64,000 nt of DNA from Bacteroidales bacterium (GCA_047638115.1 JBLJBB010000006.1:10247-74246); one strand, 5' to 3'. Positions 46,904 through 58,163 are shown, counted from the first letter of the stretch. Translations and numbers: made by a program. Notes: generated by a model from the letters alone, not told the origin.

Positions 46904-47416
46904 ATGAAAGCGGGATTTTTACATTTTTTATCAAATAAATATTCTATAAAGAAAATTTATTGTTATCCATTGGTAATCATGATGTTATTTGTTTCTTTAA
47001 CTGCATGCGAAAATGATGGATTAAAAGAAAAAATTGCTACATCTTCATACGTTAGTAAAGTTGGTTATAATTTTTTAAGCAACTTTGGACTCTTTCTTGA
47101 AGATGATCTCTATTCAAATGGAGTTACTTTCAAAAATAAATATGCTACAAAAGTGGTCGTTTTCGACTATGCTATGTATGATAAAATTAATAGTAGAAAT
47201 GAGTTAGTCGCTTTGATTGATAATGGAGTTAGGGCTAATTACTTGCCAACCATTAATTTAGATATATATGAGCCAGAAATAAATTTTTGCTTTGGTGTGC
47301 TTATCAATGATGATTACTATCTTGTAAGATTTGATTATCTTAGTTGTGTTATCTATGATGGTGAAGATCAAGAAACTCGTTTTTTCGCCTATATAGACTT
47401 AAAATATAAATTCTAA
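46904..47416 (+). CDS. hypothetical lipoprotein
   Basis: Lipobox SLTACEND. 170 aa. 12 nt upstream of the M48-like gene. Confidence 0.45.
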   Translation: MKAGFLHFLSNKYSIKKIYCYPLVIMMLFVSLTACENDGLKEKIATSSYVSKVGYNFLSNFGLFLEDDLYSNGVTFKNKYATKVVVFDYAMYDKINSRNELVALIDNGVRANYLPTINLDIYEPEINFCFGVLINDDYYLVRFDYLSCVIYDGEDQETRFFAYIDLKYKF

Positions 47417-47428
47417 CTTAAGAAATTT

Positions 47429-49630
47429 ATGTATAGAAAAATTTACTTTTTAATACTCTTCTTTTTTGGTTTAACATTAAATGTAAATTCTCAAAATGGG
47501 TATTCTGATTTTAAATGCATTGAGTCGCAAGGTGAAATACCCAAAGATTTTTCAAAATATTTGAATCATTCAAAATTTAACAATACTACTTTATCTTATA
47601 TTTTTAAAAGTGGATTAGTCGTTTATGGTACTGAACTAAACCAGTATTTAGAAAATATTCTGGATAGAATCTTAATGGATTATCCAGACATTAGAAAAGA
47701 GATTAGAATCTATATTTTTAAATCTGCAGTCGTGAATGCCATGGCTTTTGAAGATAATGTCATCATCGTTAATATGGGTTTGTTAGCACAAGTTCAAAAT
47801 GAGAGTGAACTTGCCTTTATTCTTTCGCATGAGTTAGTCCATATTGTAAACAAACACATTGAGAAGGAGAACAAAAAAGAGAAGAAAGATAAGTCTAAAG
47901 AACAAAAAAATAGATCAAATTCACAAGGTAGAATTGAATCTTTTATGTCTTACCACTATAGATCAAGGGAGCATGAAGTTGAAGCTGATAAAGAGGGAAT
48001 CGAAAAATACTATTCGAAAAGTGGATATAGTTTAGATGCATTGGATGGAGTGTTTGATGTTTTACAATTCTCCTTTCTCCCTTTTGATGAGGTTCCTTTT
48101 GAAAAATCTTTTCTCGAAACAGATTTTTATCAATTCCCTGATCATTATGCATTGGTTAATTTAACACCCATTAGAAGTAGAGAAGACTATATTGATACTT
48201 TAAGTACACATCCAAATATTTTAAAAAGAAGATTGCTAATCCAAAATTTGAAACAACAACGGAATGTTGATCAGGGCTCTGTTTTTATACAATCTGAAGA
48301 TCAATTTAATAAAATCAGACATTTAGCCAGATTAGAAGTTGTGAATATATTCTTAACACATCATGAATATGACAAATCTTTCTATAACTCATATATATTA
48401 TTAAAACAGGACCCCGAAAGTCAATTTTTGAATACAGCTTTAGTCTCTTCGTTATATGGTATCTACAAACATAAGAAAAATTCTGACATGAATGATTGTT
48501 TGGAAGATTATAAAAAAACTGAAGGTGAGATTCAACAATCAAATTATTTTCTCAAAAAAATTTCTCAAAAAGAGATTGCTCTGCTTGTTCTAAGGTTTTC
48601 ATGGTTAAATTCTCAAAAATACCCTCAGTGTAAGTATCTAAAAGATATTTCCAAAGATATGTTTGATGATATTTTTGAAATGAAAATTAAAATTTTAACA
48701 GATATTAATCCAAATGATGAAAATTCTACTTCAAATGTAATTACAAAAAAAGCATCAAATAAAGCTGGTAATTCTGAAAATCTTGATTTGGAAAATAGTA
48801 AACGTAGAGAGTCCGATTCTGACTCCGATACAGAAGAGGATTCTGATGATGAAACACATGACGGTTTATATGAAAGTTATGAAAAGATTGTCTCATTAGA
48901 AGATCCTAAGGGAAATGATAAGGTAGATATTTTAAATAAAATTTTTGTTGATTTAAGGAAAGATTCAATTTTTGTAACTTGGGTAGAAAAACAAAGAAGA
49001 CGAATTATCATTAATTCCGATATATCCGCTGAAGAGTTATTACAAGATGAAATGAATTCGACTTCAAAGATTGTTGTATTTGATCCAAATTTTTATATAG
49101 TATCTTCCGATATCTCTTTTAAAAACAAACCAAAGTCGATCTATCGTACCATTTTAAGTGTTGAAATTCCAAAAACAAAAGTTGATATATTTAAATATGA
49201 TGATAAGACCACAACTTCTACTGAGTTATATAATATTTACTGTAAAGTAAAAGAGATATCCTACGATTTAAGTTCCTCTAATAATAATGGAATGCAACTG
49301 TATCAAAGTCGCCATTTAGATAAAATTCGTCAATATACCGGAACTTCCTATGTTGCTTTTGTGGATGCCATGTTGATTCCCCCTTATTGGAGTGCTGATA
49401 GATTGGCTGTTGGAATTATTGTTCCTATAGTTCCAGTTTTAGCTCCCATCTCTTTGGTTCATTTGTTGATTTCAAAAAGGAGAAGCTTGGTTGAAATTAC
49501 ATTTTTGAATATGGAAACAGGACATGTCAAAGAGTATAAAGTTCAAAATAATGGATATAGCAATCATCCATTTATTCATAATTTTATCTATTCAACTTTT
49601 AAAAACTTTAAGAAAGGGACTCAGAAATGA
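47429..49630 (+). CDS. M48-family-like zinc metallopeptidase with acidic low-complexity linker and C-terminal TM segment
   Basis: Signal peptide. HExxH in AFILSHELVHIVNKH. Acidic run SDSDSDTEEDSDDE. Hydrophobic segment AVGIIVPIVPVLAPISLVHLLI near the C-terminus. Confidence 0.6.
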   Translation: MYRKIYFLILFFFGLTLNVNSQNGYSDFKCIESQGEIPKDFSKYLNHSKFNNTTLSYIFKSGLVVYGTELNQYLENILDRILMDYPDIRKEIRIYIFKSAVVNAMAFEDNVIIVNMGLLAQVQNESELAFILSHELVHIVNKHIEKENKKEKKDKSKEQKNRSNSQGRIESFMSYHYRSREHEVEADKEGIEKYYSKSGYSLDALDGVFDVLQFSFLPFDEVPFEKSFLETDFYQFPDHYALVNLTPIRSREDYIDTLSTHPNILKRRLLIQNLKQQRNVDQGSVFIQSEDQFNKIRHLARLEVVNIFLTHHEYDKSFYNSYILLKQDPESQFLNTALVSSLYGIYKHKKNSDMNDCLEDYKKTEGEIQQSNYFLKKISQKEIALLVLRFSWLNSQKYPQCKYLKDISKDMFDDIFEMKIKILTDINPNDENSTSNVITKKASNKAGNSENLDLENSKRRESDSDSDTEEDSDDETHDGLYESYEKIVSLEDPKGNDKVDILNKIFVDLRKDSIFVTWVEKQRRRIIINSDISAEELLQDEMNSTSKIVVFDPNFYIVSSDISFKNKPKSIYRTILSVEIPKTKVDIFKYDDKTTTSTELYNIYCKVKEISYDLSSSNNNGMQLYQSRHLDKIRQYTGTSYVAFVDAMLIPPYWSADRLAVGIIVPIVPVLAPISLVHLLISKRRSLVEITFLNMETGHVKEYKVQNNGYSNHPFIHNFIYSTFKNFKKGTQK

Positions 49631-50304
49631 AAAAAATAGTTTTGATAATCATATATTTGTCATTTTTTTGTAGTTCTGTTAGTGCTCAAAATGTGGGTCA
49701 TTTAGGAAAACGATTCCTGTTTAACTGGGATGTTACTTTTTCTCCTTCTTATAAACACCCTGATTTTAAAGGGTATTTTGGATACCTAAAATACAATTAT
49801 AGGATGACCCCAAGTGTTGAGTTTATTTTAAGTAAAAAAATAAGTGTTGGTGCTTTAGTTAGCTATACAACAACCACGTTTAGTCCCACTATTGAAATTT
49901 TTAATCATTCTGTATTACATACACCCGTCGATGTAAGAGGATATGGATTGTTTTTTAAAGACTATTTTTCAACATCTAAAGATAACCATGCTCCTTACGG
50001 TAGTTATTTTATGGTTTCAGCCACAAGGTTGAATTATCATTATCGTGGAATTGTTGGGGAAGGAACTGGAGTAAATTATGCTTTTCAACTAGAGATTGGA
50101 TATAACTATTTATTATTTAATCGTTTAAGATTAACCTGGGGAGCGTCTATCGGAGCTACAACATCTTGGTATTATTTTGGATTTGATGGTGATTTTATTC
50201 CAAATTTAAAAAAGTTGAAAACAATTAATGATTTTGCTGAAAATAGAATTTTTGCAACGTACATGTTTGGAACTAAAATTGGAATCGGAATTTTAGCTTT
50301 CTAA
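49627..50304 (+). CDS. hypothetical outer-membrane beta-barrel protein
   Basis: Signal peptide, alternating aromatic/hydrophobic strands, terminal F. ATGA start/stop overlap with the M48-like gene. Confidence 0.5.
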   Translation: MKKIVLIIIYLSFFCSSVSAQNVGHLGKRFLFNWDVTFSPSYKHPDFKGYFGYLKYNYRMTPSVEFILSKKISVGALVSYTTTTFSPTIEIFNHSVLHTPVDVRGYGLFFKDYFSTSKDNHAPYGSYFMVSATRLNYHYRGIVGEGTGVNYAFQLEIGYNYLLFNRLRLTWGASIGATTSWYYFGFDGDFIPNLKKLKTINDFAENRIFATYMFGTKIGIGILAF

Positions 50305-50321
50305 TGAATCGGAAATTTCTT

Positions 50322-50329
50322 TAATTTTG
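50322..50329 (+). promoter_or_regulatory. -7 box TAATTTTG upstream of gmk-nadD
   Basis: TAnnTTTG 17 nt upstream of ATG 50347. Confidence 0.45.
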
Positions 50330-50346
50330 CAAAAAACTATACAATT

Positions 50347-50910
50347 ATGACTGGGAAACTTATACTCTTTGCGGCTCCTTCTGGATCTGGAAAAACTACT
50401 ATTATAAAACATTTGTTAGAATTAGACTTGAATCTCAGCTTTTCCGTTTCTGCCACTACTCGTCCTAAACGAGAAACAGAACAACACGGAAAGGATTATT
50501 TCTTCTTGACTCAGGAAGAGTTTAAAGAGAAAATCAACAACGGCTCTTTTTTAGAATGGGAAGAAGTGTACGAGGGTACTTATTATGGGACTCTTAAAAC
50601 AGAAGTTGATAAAGAACTTCAAAAAGGGAAAAACATTTTGTTTGATATAGATGTAATAGGTGCGATTAACATCAAAAAAATATACGGGAATCAAGCATTG
50701 GCACTTTTTATAAAACCGCCATCCATTGAGATACTGAAAGAGCGACTGTTAATTAGAAATACAGAATCTGAGCACACTTTACAAAAAAGAATTGGAAAAG
50801 CTGAATACGAACTCACTTTTGAAGATCAATTTGACATTACAATCATTAATGAAAATATATTTGTTGCTCAAGAAGAAGCAAAACAGATCATTCTAAACTT
50901 TATCTCTTAA
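50347..50910 (+). CDS. gmk: guanylate kinase
   Basis: P-loop APSGSGKTT, TTRPKRETE.HGKDYFF motif. 187 aa. Confidence 0.95.
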   Translation: MTGKLILFAAPSGSGKTTIIKHLLELDLNLSFSVSATTRPKRETEQHGKDYFFLTQEEFKEKINNGSFLEWEEVYEGTYYGTLKTEVDKELQKGKNILFDIDVIGAINIKKIYGNQALALFIKPPSIEILKERLLIRNTESEHTLQKRIGKAEYELTFEDQFDITIINENIFVAQEEAKQIILNFIS

Positions 50911-51498
50911 ATGAAAAAAACAGGTCTATATTTTGGGTCATTTAATCCTATTCATATGGGGCATTTAATGATTGCAGAATATGTGTTAGAACATTCGGAT
51001 ATCGATGATTTATGGTTTGTGATCTCCCCATCCAATCCGCTGAAAAAGAAAGAACATCTTTTAGATGAAAAGCAAAGGTATTACATGGTGAATATAGCCA
51101 TTGAAGATGATGCAAGGTTTAAAGCGTGCGATGTTGAGTTCAAGCTACCCTATCCGTCATATACATGTGTTACGTTGGCTAAATTGACTGAAATCTATCC
51201 TGAAAGAACTTTTGTAGTGATTATGGGAGAAGACAATATTGAAAATATTGAAAGATGGAAAAATTACGAGTATATTCTGGATAATTTTCAGATCTATGTA
51301 TATCCAAGGCCAGGTCATGGTGGAAGTAAGTTTTTATCACACCCTCATGTAAAATTAGTTCCAGCACCTTTAATTGAAATATCCTCTACAATGATAAGAG
51401 ATTCCATAAATAGTAATAAACGAGTTTCCTATTTTTTACCACCTAAAGTAGAACAATATATTGAAGATATGGGCGTTTATAAATTTTCTAAGAAGTAA
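50911..51498 (+). CDS. nadD: nicotinate-nucleotide adenylyltransferase
   Basis: GSFNPIHMGH (HxGH) nucleotidyltransferase motif and ISST-type motif (IEISSTMIR). Starts at the nt after the gmk stop. Confidence 0.9.
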   Translation: MKKTGLYFGSFNPIHMGHLMIAEYVLEHSDIDDLWFVISPSNPLKKKEHLLDEKQRYYMVNIAIEDDARFKACDVEFKLPYPSYTCVTLAKLTEIYPERTFVVIMGEDNIENIERWKNYEYILDNFQIYVYPRPGHGGSKFLSHPHVKLVPAPLIEISSTMIRDSINSNKRVSYFLPPKVEQYIEDMGVYKFSKK

Positions 51499-51520
51499 TT
51501 CAAATTTTCAATTAAAATAG

Positions 51521-51528
51521 TATCTTTG
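51521..51528 (+). promoter_or_regulatory. -7 box TATCTTTG upstream of beta-barrel gene 51547
   Basis: TAnnTTTG 18 nt upstream of ATG 51547. Confidence 0.4.
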
Positions 51529-51546
51529 CGAATCAAATTATATTAC

Positions 51547-52275
51547 ATGAAAAAAACCACACTTATTACAGTAATTTTATTTTTTTGTTTTTCACAACTT
51601 ATTGTAGCACAAAATGTTTTAGATAAAAAAAACTATAAAAACAAAGATGATAAAACTGGGGATGGCTCAGTTGAGATTTTTCGTGATAGGATGGTAATAG
51701 ATCTATTTCAAACCTTTTGGTTGGGTATGCCTTCCAATGTAAGTTCAATGAAATTTAATCCTGGGTTAAATGTTTCCATTTTGTGGGATATTAAAAAAGC
51801 ACCTAAAAGTCCATTTTCATTCGGATTAGGGGGAGGGGTAAACTATCAAACCCAAAATAGTGATGCCTTGTTGGGAGTAAACCCAGTGAGCCAGATTACA
51901 AGATATAACATTATACCCACTTTAGATACTGCATTTGATATTTGTAGAGTTAATGTAGTTAGTTTATATGTACCACTTGAATTTAGATACCGTCATTCTA
52001 GTGGTGTTAAGTTTACTTTAGGAGCGAGAATTGGGTATATTGTGGGGTTAAATCAAAGATATAAAGGGAAAGACTTATCAGGAGGTGACCAAACATTAGA
52101 TTATAAAAACTATGATATTTTGAATAATTTAAAATATCATTTTGACTTTTATGCCAGAGTTGGGTGGAAAGGTTTAGATTTGTATTATTCATATCAAGTA
52201 ACATCCTTATTTGAAGATGGCAAAGGCCCACAAATAAGACCGATGTCAATTGGGATCTCAATATCTCCATTCTAA
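51547..52275 (+). CDS. hypothetical outer-membrane beta-barrel protein
   Basis: Signal peptide MKKTTLITVILFFCFSQLIVAQ, beta-strand periodicity, C-terminal F. ATG 51547 preferred to TTG 51526, which overlaps the TATCTTTG box. Confidence 0.55.
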   Translation: MKKTTLITVILFFCFSQLIVAQNVLDKKNYKNKDDKTGDGSVEIFRDRMVIDLFQTFWLGMPSNVSSMKFNPGLNVSILWDIKKAPKSPFSFGLGGGVNYQTQNSDALLGVNPVSQITRYNIIPTLDTAFDICRVNVVSLYVPLEFRYRHSSGVKFTLGARIGYIVGLNQRYKGKDLSGGDQTLDYKNYDILNNLKYHFDFYARVGWKGLDLYYSYQVTSLFEDGKGPQIRPMSIGISISPF

Positions 52276-52447
52276 AAAGAAAGAACCAAATTAGTAAAAA
52301 AAAAATGCTAATTTGAAAGGGAAAAGAAGTCAACAAATTGTTGTTTATAACTGCCTATTAGGTAGGGGTTATCTATAAGAAAATCAACAAAATCACTTTT
52401 TTTTTAAAAAAAATCAGAAAATCTGCTTTTTGTATTAAAAAATTCTC

Positions 52448-52455
52448 TATTTTTG
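52448..52455 (+). promoter_or_regulatory. candidate -7 box TATTTTTG for the rplV..rpsE block
   Basis: TAnnTTTG 96 nt upstream of the rplV ATG. An upstream TTTG (52429-52432) is only 15 nt away, shorter than the usual spacing. Confidence 0.3.
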
Positions 52456-52551
52456 CCGCCAATTTGATTGAAAAGGGTTAAAATAGAGCCAAAAAAGGGA
52501 TAAACTTCTATTAATCATATTGTTAATTAGCAAAAATTAAACAAAAATACA

Positions 52552-52965
52552 ATGGGTGCAAGAAAAAGATTAGCGGCAGATGCGCGCAAAGAAGCGAGAA
52601 AAAGCGTTTATATGGCTCGTTTGGTTGACAATCCTACCTCTCCAAGGAAAACTAGAATCATGGCAGACGTGATTAGAGGGAAAGATGTTGATTATGCAAT
52701 GAACGTTTTAAAATACAGCAGAAAAGAATCAGCTGAGAAGTTATTGAAACTTTTAAAATCTGCTATTGCCAACTGGCAAGTTAAAAATGAGGGTCAACGA
52801 TTAGAGGATGCTCAACTATATGTTAAATCTGTTGTTGTAGACAGTGGGCGTATGTTGAAAAGGATTAGAACTGCTCCACAAGGGAGAGCAAATAGAATCA
52901 GAAAGCGTTCTAATCACATAACCATTGTGATAGATGATAAATCAAATAACAGTAACATAGAATAA
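52552..52965 (+). CDS. rplV: 50S ribosomal protein L22
   Basis: [33 protein letters not shown]; Bacteroidetes-type long N-terminus. Confidence 0.95.
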   Translation: MGARKRLAADARKEARKSVYMARLVDNPTSPRKTRIMADVIRGKDVDYAMNVLKYSRKESAEKLLKLLKSAIANWQVKNEGQRLEDAQLYVKSVVVDSGRMLKRIRTAPQGRANRIRKRSNHITIVIDDKSNNSNIE

Positions 52966-52979
52966 AACATTCATTAATT

Positions 52980-53711
52980 ATGGGTCAAAAAGTAAATCCG
53001 GTAGGTTTAAGATTAGGAATTATCAGAGGATGGGATTCTAATTGGTATGGCGGCAGAAAATTCGCCAGTAAGTTAGTCGAAGACGACAAAATTAGACGCT
53101 ATTTGAACGCGAGATTGTTCAAAGCCGGAATCGCAAAAATTTATATTGAAAGAACACTAAAATTAGTTACAGTTACTATTAATACTGCTCGTCCAGGTTT
53201 AATCATTGGAAAAGGTGGTGCTGAGGTAGACAAACTAAAAGAGGAGTTAAAGAAGATTACAAGTAAAGATATTCAAATCAACATTTCAGAAGTGAAACGT
53301 CCAGATTTAGAAGCTTTACTAGTTGCTCAAAATGTTGCGAAACAGATTGAGGGCAGAGTATCATACAGAAAAGCTGTAAAAACTGCGATAGCAGCTACCA
53401 TGCGTTCAAATGCTGAAGGTATTAAAATATCAGTATCTGGTCGTTTAAGTGGAGCTGAAATGGCTAGAAGTGAGCACTTCAAAGAGGGAAGAACTCCACT
53501 TCACACTTTAAGAGCCGATATCGATTATGCTACTGCAGAAGCACATACAACTTATGGCCGTATTGGTTTAAAAGTATGGATATGCAAAGGTTTAGTATAT
53601 GGTAAAAGAGATCTTTTTAATATTGTACCCGAAGTTAAAGAACATAAAGGATCTCAAGCCAAAAGACCTCAACGTGGTGGTGCTGGTAGAAGAAACAACA
53701 ATAAAAATTAA
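52980..53711 (+). CDS. rpsC: 30S ribosomal protein S3
   Basis: [14 protein letters not shown] start, KH domain [11 protein letters not shown], basic tail. Confidence 0.97.
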   Translation: MGQKVNPVGLRLGIIRGWDSNWYGGRKFASKLVEDDKIRRYLNARLFKAGIAKIYIERTLKLVTVTINTARPGLIIGKGGAEVDKLKEELKKITSKDIQINISEVKRPDLEALLVAQNVAKQIEGRVSYRKAVKTAIAATMRSNAEGIKISVSGRLSGAEMARSEHFKEGRTPLHTLRADIDYATAEAHTTYGRIGLKVWICKGLVYGKRDLFNIVPEVKEHKGSQAKRPQRGGAGRRNNNKN

Positions 53712-53733
53712 TAATCTTCAAAAATAGATAACG

Positions 53734-54159
53734 ATGTTACAACCTAAAAAGACCAAATATAGAAAGCCACAGAAGGGTAGGATGAATGCGATCACAAAAC
53801 GTGGTGCTGAACTCTCTTTCGGTTCTTTCGCGATTAAAACCCTAGATGAACATTGGATCACAGGTCGCCAAATTGAAGCTGCTCGTCAGGCAATTACACG
53901 TTATATGAAACGTGAAGGACAACTATGGATTCGTATATTCCCAGATAAACCAGTTACCAAAAAACCAGCCGAAGTACGTATGGGTAAAGGTAAAGGTGCT
54001 CCAGAATATTTTGTTGCAAGAGTTAGCCCAGGTAGAATTTTATTTGAAGCTGAGGGTGTTCCTTACGAAGTAGCTAAAGAAGCACTTCGCCTTGGAGCTC
54101 AAAAACTTCCTGTACATACAAAATTTATTGTAAGAAGAGATTATTCAGAAGAAATTTAA
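53734..54159 (+). CDS. rplP: 50S ribosomal protein L16
   Basis: [11 protein letters not shown]..., [11 protein letters not shown]. Confidence 0.97.
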   Translation: MLQPKKTKYRKPQKGRMNAITKRGAELSFGSFAIKTLDEHWITGRQIEAARQAITRYMKREGQLWIRIFPDKPVTKKPAEVRMGKGKGAPEYFVARVSPGRILFEAEGVPYEVAKEALRLGAQKLPVHTKFIVRRDYSEEI

Positions 54160-54166
54160 TAGAAAG

Positions 54167-54361
54167 ATGAAACAGCAAGTCGTAGCAGAACTTTCTTCTG
54201 CAGAATTAAAAGAAAGATTAGTGGAAGAACAACAACAGTTAGTAAAATTAACGTTGAATCATGCAATCTCTCCAATCGAAAATCCTAACAAGATTAAAGA
54301 ACAAAGAAAAACCATTGCAAGAATCCACACAGAAATTCGTAAACGTGAATTAAATGCATAA
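54167..54361 (+). CDS. rpmC: 50S ribosomal protein L29
   Basis: 64 aa helical protein in the canonical position between rplP and rpsQ. Confidence 0.9.
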   Translation: MKQQVVAELSSAELKERLVEEQQQLVKLTLNHAISPIENPNKIKEQRKTIARIHTEIRKRELNA

Positions 54362-54372
54362 CAATTGATATT

Positions 54373-54633
54373 ATGGAAGAAGTAAGAAACAAAAGAAAAG
54401 TAAGAGAAGGTCTTGTTTCAAGCAACAAGATGGAAAAATCTATCGTTGTTAGCGTTGAACGTAAACTAAAACACCCTAAGTATGGTAAATTCTTAAAAAG
54501 AACTACTACAGTTATGGCTCATGATGAAAAAAATGAGTGTAATATTGGGGATAAAGTAAAAGTAATGGAAACCAGACCTTTGAGTAAAAACAAATGCTGG
54601 AGATTAGTAGAAATCATTGAAAGAGCTAAATAA
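54373..54633 (+). CDS. rpsQ: 30S ribosomal protein S17
   Basis: [31 protein letters not shown]...ETRPLSK. Confidence 0.95.
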   Translation: MEEVRNKRKVREGLVSSNKMEKSIVVSVERKLKHPKYGKFLKRTTTVMAHDEKNECNIGDKVKVMETRPLSKNKCWRLVEIIERAK

Positions 54634-54635
54634 TT

Positions 54636-55004
54636 ATGGTACAACAAGAATCAAGATTAGCCGTTGCTGATAACAGTGGCGCTAAAGAAGTCCTAGTGAT
54701 CCGTGTACTCGGTGGAACAAAAAAACGCTACGCAGGCGTTGGCGATAAAGTGATTGTAACAATAAAAAGTGCAATTCCTTCAGGAAATGTTAAAAAAGGT
54801 ACTGTTTCTAAAGCAGTAGTTGTTCGCACTAAAAAACATATCCGCCGTGGTGATGGCTCTTATATCAAATTTGATGATAACGCTGTTGTCCTTCTTAATG
54901 CAAATGAAGAACTTCGCGGAACCCGTATTTTTGGACCTGTTGCTCGTGAACTTCGCGAAAAACAATATATGAAAATCGTTTCATTAGCTCCAGAAGTATT
55001 ATAA
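54636..55004 (+). CDS. rplN: 50S ribosomal protein L14
   Basis: [18 protein letters not shown]..., 122 aa. Confidence 0.97.
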   Translation: MVQQESRLAVADNSGAKEVLVIRVLGGTKKRYAGVGDKVIVTIKSAIPSGNVKKGTVSKAVVVRTKKHIRRGDGSYIKFDDNAVVLLNANEELRGTRIFGPVARELREKQYMKIVSLAPEVL

Positions 55005-55054
55005 GTATAGAACAATTGACAAAGACCAATTGATAATTAAAAACAACAATTAAA

Positions 55055-55369
55055 ATGAAAATTCACATTAAAAAAGGCGACACGGTTAAAGTTATAGCCG
55101 GCGACTCTAAAGGACAACAAGGAAAAGTCCTGGAAGTTATCGTTGACAAGTACAGAGCCTTAGTCGAAGGAGTAAATTTCGTATCAAAACATACCAAGGC
55201 AAATGCAAAAAATCCTAATGGTGGTATTGTTAAGAAAGAGGCTGCAATTCACATCTCAAACCTAATGTTGGTTGATAACAAAGGAAAAGCTTCCCGTATT
55301 GGTAGAAAATTAGGGGAAAATGGTAAATTAGTTAGATATTCAAAAAAATCAGGAGAGGAGATTAAGTAA
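55055..55369 (+). CDS. rplX: 50S ribosomal protein L24
   Basis: [24 protein letters not shown] motif. Confidence 0.95.
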   Translation: MKIHIKKGDTVKVIAGDSKGQQGKVLEVIVDKYRALVEGVNFVSKHTKANAKNPNGGIVKKEAAIHISNLMLVDNKGKASRIGRKLGENGKLVRYSKKSGEEIK

Positions 55370-55923
55370 TGTACGTGCCAAGATATAAAGAAAAATACGA
55401 CAAAGAAGTTATTCCAGCTCTTAAAGAGCAGTTTGGCTTTAAATCAGTGATGAGAGTTCCTAAAATCAAAAAGATTTGTTTAAATCAAGGTTTAGGAAAA
55501 TTTGGTATCACAGATAAAAAATTAGTAGATTTAGGCGTTCAAGAGATGACTCTTATCACAGGTCAAAAAGCTGTCGCTACTAAATCTAAAAAAGATATCT
55601 CTAACTTTAAACTTAGACGCGGTATGCCAATTGGTGTTAGAGTTACACTAAGAGGTGAAAAGATGTACGAATTCTTAGACCGTTTAGTATCTGTATCTAT
55701 TCCTCGTATCCGTGATTTTAAAGGTATTAATGAAAAAGGTTTTGATGGAAGAGGAAATTATACTTTAGGTGTTCCTGAACAAATTATTTTCCCTGAAATC
55801 GACCTTGATAAGGTATCAAAAATTAACGGAATGGATATTACATTCGTTACTACAGCGCAAAATGATAAAGAGTGCTTAGCATTATTAAAAGAATTTGGCT
55901 TACCATTTAAAAATCAGAAATAA
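55369..55923 (+). CDS. rplE: 50S ribosomal protein L5
   Basis: Canonical position, [22 protein letters not shown] motifs. Confidence 0.97.
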   Translation: MYVPRYKEKYDKEVIPALKEQFGFKSVMRVPKIKKICLNQGLGKFGITDKKLVDLGVQEMTLITGQKAVATKSKKDISNFKLRRGMPIGVRVTLRGEKMYEFLDRLVSVSIPRIRDFKGINEKGFDGRGNYTLGVPEQIIFPEIDLDKVSKINGMDITFVTTAQNDKECLALLKEFGLPFKNQK

Positions 55924-55926
55924 AAC

Positions 55927-56226
55927 ATGGCAAAAGAATCGTTAAAAGCAAGAGAAGTAAAAAGAGCAAAGTTAGTTGCTAAATATGCAACAAAACGTGC
56001 TGAATTGAAAAAAATCATAAGCAGTGATGATTATGAAGCTAAAGAAGCTGCGATAGTTGCAATGCAAAAATTGCCACCCAATTCAAACCCAATCAGATTG
56101 CATAATCGTTGTATGATAACAGGTCGTCCTAAAGGTTATATTCGTCAATTTGGTATCTCTCGTATTAACTTCAGAGAAATGGCATTGGCTGGTTTAATTC
56201 CTGGTGTAAAAAAAGCAAGTTGGTAA
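55927..56226 (+). CDS. rpsN: 30S ribosomal protein S14 (long, non-zinc type)
   Basis: [13 protein letters not shown]... and [12 protein letters not shown]...PGVKKASW. No CxxC pairs. Confidence 0.95.
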   Translation: MAKESLKAREVKRAKLVAKYATKRAELKKIISSDDYEAKEAAIVAMQKLPPNSNPIRLHNRCMITGRPKGYIRQFGISRINFREMALAGLIPGVKKASW

Positions 56227-56250
56227 CATTAAATTAGAGAAGAAGAAGTT

Positions 56251-56649
56251 ATGAATACAGATCCAATTTCAGATTATTTGACCCGAATGCGTAATGCAAT
56301 TGCGGCAAATCATAAAGTGGTAGAGATCCCTACCTCTAAAACAAAAAAAGAGATCACGAAGATTTTATTCGAAAAAGGGTATATCCTTAATTATAAATTT
56401 ATTGATGATACAAACCCTGGTACTATTAAAATCGCACTTAAATATCACCCAGTTACGAAACAATCAGCTATTAACGAATTAAAACGCGTTAGTAAACCTG
56501 GTCTTCGTAAATATGTTGGCGTTGATGAAATGCCCTCAGTCCTTAATGGACTTGGCGTTGCTATCGTTTCTACCTCTCATGGTATGATGACCGATAAAGA
56601 AGCTAGACAACAAAATGTGGGCGGCGAAGTTATTTGTTATATCAGTTAA
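56251..56649 (+). CDS. rpsH: 30S ribosomal protein S8
   Basis: [13 protein letters not shown]..., GGEVICYI. Confidence 0.97.
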   Translation: MNTDPISDYLTRMRNAIAANHKVVEIPTSKTKKEITKILFEKGYILNYKFIDDTNPGTIKIALKYHPVTKQSAINELKRVSKPGLRKYVGVDEMPSVLNGLGVAIVSTSHGMMTDKEARQQNVGGEVICYIS

Positions 56650-56664
56650 TAGGAGGAAAGAGAT

Positions 56665-57225
56665 ATGTCAAGAATAGGAAAATTACCAATTACAATTCCG
56701 GCAGGAGTTGAGATTACAAGAGACACAAAAAGTAATATTGTTACGGTTAAAGGTGCTAAAGGTGAACTTAAACAATTCGTTGATGGTGATATCACTTTCA
56801 CTATTGAAGATGGTCATTTAACAATAAACAGACCTACTGAACAAAAACGCCATAAAGCTATGCACGGCCTTTATAGAGCCCTTCTAGCTAATATGATTAA
56901 AGGTGTTACCGAAGGTTTCGAAATTAAACAAGAAGTTGTAGGTGTTGGTTACAAAGCTGAAGCTAAACCAGGAAACCAGTTGGAATTAGCACTTGGTTAT
57001 TCTCACAGTATCCTTTTTGAACTTTGTCCTGAAGTTACTGTTGAAACAATCACTGAAAAAGGTAAAAACCCAATCATTATTTTAAAAGGGATTGATAAAC
57101 AATTACTTGGACAAGTCGCTAATAAGATCAGATCTTATAGAAAACCTGAACCTTATAAAGGAAAAGGTATTCGATTCGTTGGAGAAATCGTTAGAAAGAA
57201 GGCAGGTAAATCAGCAGAAAAATAA
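56665..57225 (+). CDS. rplF: 50S ribosomal protein L6
   Basis: MSRIGKLPI.IPAGV..., PEPYKGKGIR. Confidence 0.97.
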   Translation: MSRIGKLPITIPAGVEITRDTKSNIVTVKGAKGELKQFVDGDITFTIEDGHLTINRPTEQKRHKAMHGLYRALLANMIKGVTEGFEIKQEVVGVGYKAEAKPGNQLELALGYSHSILFELCPEVTVETITEKGKNPIIILKGIDKQLLGQVANKIRSYRKPEPYKGKGIRFVGEIVRKKAGKSAEK

Positions 57226-57243
57226 CATCGTAAATTACAGAAA

Positions 57244-57603
57244 ATGGCTTATAATAAGAAAGAATTTAGAAGAAACAGGATAAAAATGAGAGTCCGTAAA
57301 AATATTACAGGTTCTCAAGAAAGACCAAGATTATCCGTTTATAGAAGTAATCGTGACATTTATGCTCAAATTATTGATGATGCTGCCGGAACAACTATCG
57401 TTTCCGCTTCATCTAGAGTAGCTGAAATAAATGAACAAAAAGTAACCAAAATTGAAAAATCTGCGCTCGTTGGAAAATTACTTGCCCAAAAAGCTCAAGA
57501 AGCAGGTATTTCTAAAGTGGTATTCGACCGTAATGGGTATTTATATCATGGTAGAGTGAAATCTTTAGCTGAAGCTGCTAGAGAAGGTGGTTTAATTTTC
57601 TAA
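57244..57603 (+). CDS. rplR: 50S ribosomal protein L18
   Basis: [40 protein letters not shown]. Confidence 0.97.
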   Translation: MAYNKKEFRRNRIKMRVRKNITGSQERPRLSVYRSNRDIYAQIIDDAAGTTIVSASSRVAEINEQKVTKIEKSALVGKLLAQKAQEAGISKVVFDRNGYLYHGRVKSLAEAAREGGLIF

Positions 57604-57618
57604 TAAGGAGAAATATTT

Positions 57619-58137
57619 ATGTCAAATAAAAAATTAAAAAGAATTAAAGCAACAGATATCGAACTAAAAGATAAATTAGTTGCAGTTAATAGAGTAACCA
57701 AAGTTACCAAAGGGGGACGTACTTTCAGCTTCTCAGCTATCGTTGTCGTTGGTAATGAAAATGGAATCGTTGGTTTCGGTTTAGGTAAAGCAAAAGAGGT
57801 TTCTGCAGCTATCGCTAAAGGTATCGATGATGCTAAGAAAAACTTAATCCGCGTTTCTATCCTTAAAGGAACTATTCCTCACGCTCAAGAAGGTAGATAT
57901 AGTGGATCTTTAGTGTTCATGAAACCTGCTGCTCCTGGTACTGGAATTATCGCTGGTGGTGCAATGCGTGCTGTTCTTGAAACAGTGGGTATCCACAATG
58001 TACTAGCTAAATCTAAAGGTTCATCTAACCCTCACTCTGTAGTTAAAGCTACTGTTGATGCACTTTCTCAATTGAGAGATGCTTATTCTGTGGCTCAAGT
58101 ACGCGGAATTACTCTTGATAAAGTTTTCAACGGATAA
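57619..58137 (+). CDS. rpsE: 30S ribosomal protein S5
   Basis: [31 protein letters not shown], 172 aa. Followed directly by a terminator hairpin instead of rpmD. Confidence 0.97.
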   Translation: MSNKKLKRIKATDIELKDKLVAVNRVTKVTKGGRTFSFSAIVVVGNENGIVGFGLGKAKEVSAAIAKGIDDAKKNLIRVSILKGTIPHAQEGRYSGSLVFMKPAAPGTGIIAGGAMRAVLETVGIHNVLAKSKGSSNPHSVVKATVDALSQLRDAYSVAQVRGITLDKVFNG

Positions 58138-58163
58138 TTACCCTTACATACTAATACTAAAAA

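Noticed and set aside
52013-52336. 107-aa minus-strand ORF overlapping the end of beta-barrel gene 51547..52275.
   Set aside because: Antisense to a better-supported CDS, with no motif.
57092-57283. 63-aa ORF bridging rplF and rplR in another frame.
   Set aside because: It overlaps two certain ribosomal protein genes, so it is a frame artefact.
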